Assembly (NCBI GenBank): GCA_963920595.1
Contig: OY986946.1
Span: 2,542,001-2,606,000, forward strand
DNA: 64,000 nucleotides
Direction: 5' to 3'
Source of the DNA: Eimeria praecox
Lineage: Eukaryota
Under the pieces are notes generated by a model. It ran no database searches and was not told the origin of the DNA. It saw only the letters and a list, made by a program, of their open reading frames with translations. The position numbers were made by a program, and so were the translations under genes. Positions 56,592-64,000 of this stretch are shown here, piece after piece. The first letter of the stretch is position 1. Each line of letters begins with the position of its first letter.

Positions 56592-57563
56592 ATAATTTTT
56601 TTATTTTATTATTTATTTTTAAATAACAGAAGAAAACCAAATAGAAGTCAAACATTACGAATGTATGTTTTCTATGAACGGCGAGTTGGTGTATATCTTT
56701 GAGGGAAGGAGGCAGATAAATAGAAGGACTATGGCGTTTTTAATTCTTTTTTTTTATTTATTTAATAAATTATTTAATTTAAATGAAAATATACATCAAA
56801 AAAAGAAAAAAAATCATAAATTTTTAACAAATTGTCGACGGATGTTAATATACAGCCTGCAGTCGATGACTACACCTGAACTATGACAAACACCTAACAT
56901 GAACAGGAAGTCGAAACGGGGTTTAATTATTGTTTTTTTTGTTTTTTCTTTGTTTATATAATAATAATTTAACAAATATATTTAAGTTAATACGAAGATC
57001 GCGTTAAATTTGATTCGTCTTCACCTGAATTCGCGTCATTTCTCCCTCGACTCGCGCGCTACGACATTTCGTGTTTTTTCTGGTTTTTTTAGATTTTCTG
57101 CGTATAATTTGTGTATATTTTGGTATTTTTTATTATTTTATCAGGTTAAATTATATTTAAAAGGCTTTTAAAGCCCCTCATTACATCATTTTCTACTTCT
57201 TTATACTACTGGAGCGGCACGGCTCTTAAGACTACACACTTGTGTGATCTGTCTATTTTAGTGTTTTTTTCTTGTTTTATTAAACTAATTATTATTTTAT
57301 TTGTTTATATTTGTTTAAATATTATTTGAAATAATCGAGAAAGATATACAACGTACAGCTTTCTTTTATACGACATCCTGCTATATCTTTATTTACATAC
57401 ACATCACAACTTTTTGTATTTATTTGAATTAAAAGATATATTAATTTCAAGAAATGTTTAAATATTATATTTAAAAATATAAATATTATTATTTTATTCG
57501 AGAGTTGAGGAGAAAAAACTATATATCTCTCTTGTTTGCCGCAAGCAGCAGCAGCAACAGCAG

Positions 57564-57598
<35 letters not shown>

Positions 57599-57685
57599 GC
57601 AACAGCAGCAGCAACAGCAGCAACAGCAGCAGCAGCAACAGCAGCAGCAGCAACAGCAGCAGCAGCAGGAGCAGCAGCAGCGAGT

Positions 57686-58371
57686 ATGAGCGCATCAGGA
57701 GACGTAGCACTGTTAAGTGTTTCTAGACTAAGCGATAAACTACTTTTAGGTGTATATACAGCTCGTATGACATCACAAGAACAGAAAAGATATATAAATA
57801 TATTAAAAGAAGAAATAAATTTATTTAAATCGAATGTAGGATGTACTCGTAAACAAAAACAAGAAAAACAATATCGTATTTATATACAAACAGATATAAA
57901 TAATTTATTTATATTTTCTACTATTATTAAAAATATTAATTATAGTGATAGAGTCGCCTTCCAGTTACTCTCTGTAAACCCTAAACCCTAAACCCTAAAC
58001 CCTAAACCCTAAACCCTAAACCCTAAACCCTAAACCCTAAACCCTAAACCCTAAACCCTAAACCCTAAACCCTAACCCTAAACCCTAACCCTAAGCCCTA
58101 AACCCTAAACCCTAAACCCTAAACCCTAGATCCTAAACCCTAGGCAATAAGCCCTAAACCCTAAACCCTAAACCCTAAACCCTAAACCCTAAACCCTAAA
58201 CACTAAGCAATAAACCCTAAACCCTAAACCCTAAACCCTAAACCCTAAACCCTAAACCCTAAATCCTAAGTTTTGGCGTTAAGAATTCTTTCTGTGGTTT
58301 TACGTTTTCTTCTTTTTTCTGTGGGCGTTTACTTCTTCTTCTTCTTACTTTCTTCTGTTCTCTTATTTATT

Positions 58372-58430
<59 letters not shown>

Positions 58431-58590
58431 TTTTGTTTATTTATTTATTTTTCTTATCTATTTAGATATTTATTTGTTTATTTGTTCTTGTTTGTTTTTG
58501 TTTGTTTGTTTGTTCTCGTATTTGTTTATTGTGATAGAATTACCTACGCTGTTTCTTGTGTTTTTGTTTGTATAAATAATAAATAAATAA

Positions 58591-58676
<86 letters not shown>

Positions 58677-59046
58677 GTCTATACATGTATATAAGTATGA
58701 AACTAAGATAAAATAGAAATCTAAATATTTGTATATGCATAAGAAAACATCCATATAAAATAAAATAAAAATAAAATAAAGTAAAAATAAAATAAAATAA
58801 AATAAGTTAAGATTAAATTAAATTAAATTAAATCAAAGTGAATTAAATTAAATTAAATTAAAATGAAACAAAATGAAATAAAAATAAAATAAAATAACAT
58901 AAAATTAAATTAAATTGAATTAAACAAAACAAAATACGATAAAATAAACTAGAATAAAATAAAGAAAATAAGATAAAGTAAAGTAAAATAAAATAAATAA
59001 AACAAAATAAAATAAAATAAAATAAAAATAAAATAAAATAAAACAA

Positions 59047-59077
<31 letters not shown>

Positions 59078-59592
59078 CTAAACTAAACTAAACTAAAATA
59101 AAATAAAATAAAATAAAATAAAATAAAATAAAATAAAATAAGACACATATCTGTATGCTTTTGTTTTTGTTTGTTTAGGAGTTCGAGTGTATATTTATCG
59201 AGAAATCTTCGGGCTTAGATATATTAAACCCGAAAACAAATAAAATAAATATAAATTTAAAGAAGGAAGCATATGTATTATTAAATAAATATAGTAAGTT
59301 AACTGCTGTTGATGCTGCTGCATCAGCATTAAATAAAGTAGAAAGTGTGAAGATAATAATAGAACAACAAATAAAAACAACATTAGATAATACTAATAAT
59401 TTAAATCAACTCGTAAATAAAACAGAAAAATTAAAAGAAACAACAAAACAATTTCATGAAAATACAAAAAAAATTAAAAAAAAAACAAATAAACAAAAAA
59501 TCGGTGTTTGTATTACTTTGTTTATATTATCTACTTTAATTATTTTATATATTATTTATACTTTATTAGATTTATTTATTCTACATAAATAA
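57686..59592 (+). CDS. Longin-domain R-SNARE (VAMP7/Sec22-like), C-terminal transmembrane anchor
   Basis: Exons 57686-57973 and 59179-59592 (phase 0). Longin-like N-terminus (VSRLSDKLLL..YSDRVAFQLLSEF), SNARE heptads (KVESVKIIIEQQIKTTLDNTNNLNQLVNKTEKL..F), C-terminal hydrophobic helix. Confidence 0.82.
57975..58270 (-). repeat. (CCCTAAA)n array starting at the SNARE splice donor
   Basis: About 40 units with variants, immediately after TCT|GT. Confidence 0.97.
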
Positions 59593-59760
59593 ATTAATAA
59601 AACATAACAAAATAATTACTATTTATTTATTATTTTATTTATATTTTAAAAAATAAACATATATAATCTTAACAAGAAAATAATGTAAACAAATACAAAA
59701 AATACAACATACAGAACGAATTCTGCTGCTGCTGCAGCAGCAGCAGCTGCTGCTGCTGCT

Positions 59761-59797
<37 letters not shown>

Positions 59798-60312
59798 TAA
59801 ACGGTGCTTGGTGATGTTTGTTTTATTTACTTTGTCTTTGTTTATTTGTTTTATTTGTATTTGTATTTGTGTTAACTACTTATTAAAAATATAAAATAAA
59901 AAATAAAGAAGAAATAGAAACAACAAATCAAACAATAGTTGTGCTGCAGCAGCAGCAGCAACAGCAGCAACAGCAGCAACAGCAGCAGCAGCAGCAACAG
60001 CAGCAACAGCAGCAGCAGCAGCAGCTGCTGCTGCTGCTGCTGCTGTGTTTTATGTTTTTGTTTGTATTTATATTTTGTTTTTTGTCTGTTTTCTTGTATT
60101 GAAGGTAGTTAGAGTGTATATACAGTAAAAATATAAAAAAGAAGAAATACTATCAAAATATAATTAAATATATAAAATATATAATTAATTATTATTATTA
60201 TTATTAATTAAATATATAAAACAAAAAACAAAAAAAAATAAAACGAAGAAAGAAAAAAACAAAATAAAAATATAAAATTATTTTAATTTTATTTATTTTC
60301 TACTTTGACACG

Positions 60313-60397
<85 letters not shown>

Positions 60398-61235
60398 CAT
60401 ATAGATAGATATAGATATATAGATAGATATATAGATAGAGATAGAGGTAGAGATGGAGATAGAGATATATAGATATAGATATAGATATAGATATAGATAT
60501 AGATATAGATATAGATATAGATATAGATATAGATATAGATATAGATATAGATATATAGATATAGATATAGATATAGATATAGATATAGATATAGATATGG
60601 ATATAGATATAGATATAGATATAGATATAGATATGTATATATAGATATAGATATAGATATAGATATAGATATAGATATAGATATAGATATAGATATAGAT
60701 ATTATTTAAATAAATATTTAAATTTATTTAAAAGAAGAAAAATAAGAAAATCTAAAGCGTGAGAGGTAAGAGAAGATACATGTTTAGAGAATAAAACAAA
60801 TAAATAAAATATATATCTAAATTATATTAAATTAAAATCATAAAATAAAATAAAATAAAATAAAATAAAATAAAATAAAATAAAATAAAATAAAATAAAA
60901 TACGATACAATACAATAAAATACAATAAAATAAAATACAATAAAATAAAATAAAATAAAATAAAATAAAATACAATAAAATAAAATAAAATAAAATAAAA
61001 TAAAATAAAATAAAATAAAATAAAATAAAACAAAATTAAAAAAATTTATACAACAAATTCGTTCAAACTCTGCCGATAGAAAGTTGAGTTCTTTGAATCT
61101 AAAAACACAAAATATAAACAAATAAATTAAATTAAATTAAATAAATAAAATAAAATAAAATAAAATGAATAAAATAAATAAAATAAATACATAAAATTAA
61201 ATTAATAATAAAACAAAAACAAATTAAATAACGCT

Positions 61236-61270
<35 letters not shown>

Positions 61271-61293
61271 TCGGGGGGCCCCGCATGCAGCAA

Positions 61294-61333
<40 letters not shown>

Positions 61334-61412
61334 TTTATAACTGTGAATCTATCAGATAATTTATACAGATAAAGAATTTGATATATTTGAAGACAGAGAT
61401 AAACAGGGCCTC

Positions 61413-61459
<47 letters not shown>

Positions 61460-61706
61460 CCTCGCCACTCTAAGCAGCACAGCAAACTATAAAGACAGCA
61501 GCAGCAGCAGCAGCAGCAGCATTTGCAGCAGCAGCAGCAGCAGCAGGAGCAGGAGCAGCAGCAGCAGCAGCTTCAGATCCTATGCCGCCAGGAGGCCTCC
61601 TAAGGGCCTCTCTGCCCTCTTGTACTAGCCACAACAACAGCAGCAGCAGCAGCAACAGCAACAGCTGCTGCAGCAGCAACCCCACACAGCTCTGCTATGT
61701 TTACTA

Positions 61707-61799
61707 ATGACAGCAAAAGCTGCTTCTGCTGCAGCAGGCGGAGCTGCGTCTGTCGCTCTCTGCAGCGCGAGTGAGGACGACAAGCTGCAGCAGCAAATG

Positions 61800-61843
<44 letters not shown>

Positions 61844-62031
61844 GCGGCAGCAGCAGCAGCAGCAAGGACTGTGTGAGATCTGTCCCGTAGGAAACATCGG
61901 CTGCAAGTGTGCTAGCATTGATGCAGCAATTGATTTGTTGACTACAGCAAATGCTGCTGCTGCTGCTGCTGCTGAAGGGGAGCCAGATGCAGCAGCAGCA
62001 GCAGCAGCAACAGCAGCTCCTGCTGCTGCTG

Positions 62032-62063
<32 letters not shown>

Positions 62064-62725
62064 CGTAAATTGTTAGATGAATTCGCGTGGAGACAGAATG
62101 CGTGGGGCAAGTGTATTGCTGCTGTTGCTGCTGGTGCTGCGCTGCATCGCTCGCTGCAGCAGCAGCAGCAGCAGCAGCTGCCTCCTCTCTTTGCCTGCAG
62201 CAGCAGCAGCAGCAGCAGCACAACAGCAGGGCTTATAGTTGCATCGAATCGTGGCTATCAATTAACATCAGCAACACCAGCAGCAGCAGCAACAGCAACA
62301 GCAGCAGCAGCAGCAGGAGGAGGCAGCGGAGCATCAGCAACAGACAGTGCAGCAACAGCAACAACAACAACAACAGCAGCAGCAGCAGCAGCAGCAGCAG
62401 ACACACAAGTGCTGCTGCTGGGTCGTTGTATGTTTGCTGCGAGGACGTTGAAGCTGCTAGCACAGAAGGGTGTGCCTAGCCTGCAGCTGCCTGCTGCTGC
62501 TGCTGCTGCTGCTGGAGCAGCAGCAGCAGCAGATACCGATGCTGCTGCAGCAGAAGTAGCAGCAGCAACACTAGAGCCCCCCTCCTTTAATAATTTAGAG
62601 TGCTCTTGTATAGACACACAGCAGCAGCAGCAGCAGCAGCAGCAGCTGTATGCCGCAGAATCTCTTGCTGCTCCGCTGCTGCTGCATCGCTGCACTGTCT
62701 CTCTCATAAATGCTTGTTGGGCTTG

Positions 62726-62778
<53 letters not shown>

Positions 62779-62945
62779 GCAGCAGCACATGCATCCCCAT
62801 GCTACCAGTTCTAGAAGAATTGTGTGCTGCTGCTGCTGCGCTGCTGCTGCTGCAGCAGCTCCCTCCATCTCAGTTTAAATTAAGTAGACAGCAAAATCTG
62901 CTGCGGCGGTGCATGCGTCTAATTACTTTGGGGCTGCAGCAGCGT

Positions 62946-62980
<35 letters not shown>

Positions 62981-62984
62981 GCAA

Positions 62985-63019
<35 letters not shown>

Positions 63020-63533
63020 GCAGAGTGGAGTGGTGTTACAACTGCATGCGCATTTGCTGCAGCTGTTGCTGCTGCAGCAGATTGCTGCAGCAGCATTTAC
63101 GCCACACATTTGCTGCTCTGTCTTTCAACGCCAGCGTCTTCTTGCTGCTCTCTTGTATGAAACACCGATCGTGCTGCAGATTCTAAAGCAAGGTTTTGCT
63201 GCTGTATCTGCTGCTGCTGCTGCTGTATCTGCTGCTGCTGCTGCTGCTGCTGCAGCAGCAGCAGCACCTACAGCAGCAGCAGCAACAGCAGCAACAGCAC
63301 GGACTACGGAGGCTGAAGATAGCAGCAGCACAGAAACAACAGGTCTAGCAGCATATGAGCAGCAGCAGCAGCAACAGCAGCAACAGCAGCAGCAGCAGCA
63401 GCTACAGCAGCAGCAGCAGCTATGTGAGCTCGTTCGCAGCGTTTGGATTCGCTGCTGCTGCACTTGCTTGGATGTATGGAGCCGCTGCGCAGCAGCAGCA
63501 GCAGCAGCAACAGCAGCAACAGCAGCAACAGCA

Positions 63534-63564
<31 letters not shown>

Positions 63565-63643
63565 ATGCTGCTGCAGCACAACCTGTTAAGGAATGCGTCG
63601 AACCCAAACCTGAAGACGTGCTTACTCCCGCAGCAGGATATCG
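61707..63643 (+). CDS. Hypothetical protein, first exon (gene probably continues past the window)
   Basis: About 645-codon open frame with non-repetitive helical segments between A/Q/S runs. Candidate donor GGATATC|GTAGG at 63643/63644 is followed by an intron-like CTG tract. No recognisable domain. Confidence 0.55.
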
Positions 63644-63650
63644 TAGGCTG

Positions 63651-63685
<35 letters not shown>

Positions 63686-64000
63686 TTGCTGTTGCTGCTC
63701 GTGCTGCCGCTGCTGGTGATCGTGGAGCTGCTGCTGCTCTTGCTGCTGCTGCTCTTGCTGTTGGTGTTACTTGTGCTGCTGCTGCGGCTCTTGCTGCTGC
63801 TGCTCTTGCTGCTGCTGCTCTTGCTGCTGCTGCTCTTGCTGCTGCTGCTACTCCGGCTGCTGCTGCGTCCGCTGCTGTTGCTGCTGCTGCTGCGTCCGCT
63901 GCTGTTGCTGCTGCTGCTGCTGAGTTTATTGGTGCACTGCATGCTGCAGAACAAATTATAAGGTGCTGTTGCTGCTGCTGTTGCTGCTGCTGTTGCTGCT

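Overview
Eukaryotic, intron-rich apicomplexan DNA. Ubiquitous CAG/CTG tracts, interstitial TTTAGGG telomere-like arrays and TGCATGCA clusters point to an Eimeria (coccidian) genome; the species cannot be resolved from sequence alone. Splicing exons by hand (GT-AG sites, phase checked) gives eight genes: a CPA1 Na+/H+ exchanger (-, runs off the left edge), FAM50/XAP5 (-), a giant secreted polyQ protein with a PAN/Apple domain (-), a signal-peptide-bearing HPH-type ubiquitin E2 (-, probably the apicoplast E2), PI4-kinase III beta (+, 15 exons), an NAA50-like acetyltransferase (+), a longin R-SNARE (+) and a partial hypothetical gene (+). Most ORF-track entries are microsatellite artefacts. Most notable observations: (i) introns repeatedly hold decaying copies of the adjacent exon edge, including three telomere-repeat-separated copies that each form an in-frame 60-nt AG..GT cassette; (ii) a 14-bp palindrome family (GGTGTAYRTACACC) is scattered through exons, splice acceptors and promoters and tandemly amplified in one intron; (iii) a telomere/pentamer hybrid element is shared by introns 25 kb apart. 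All gene models are manual predictions without transcript evidence.
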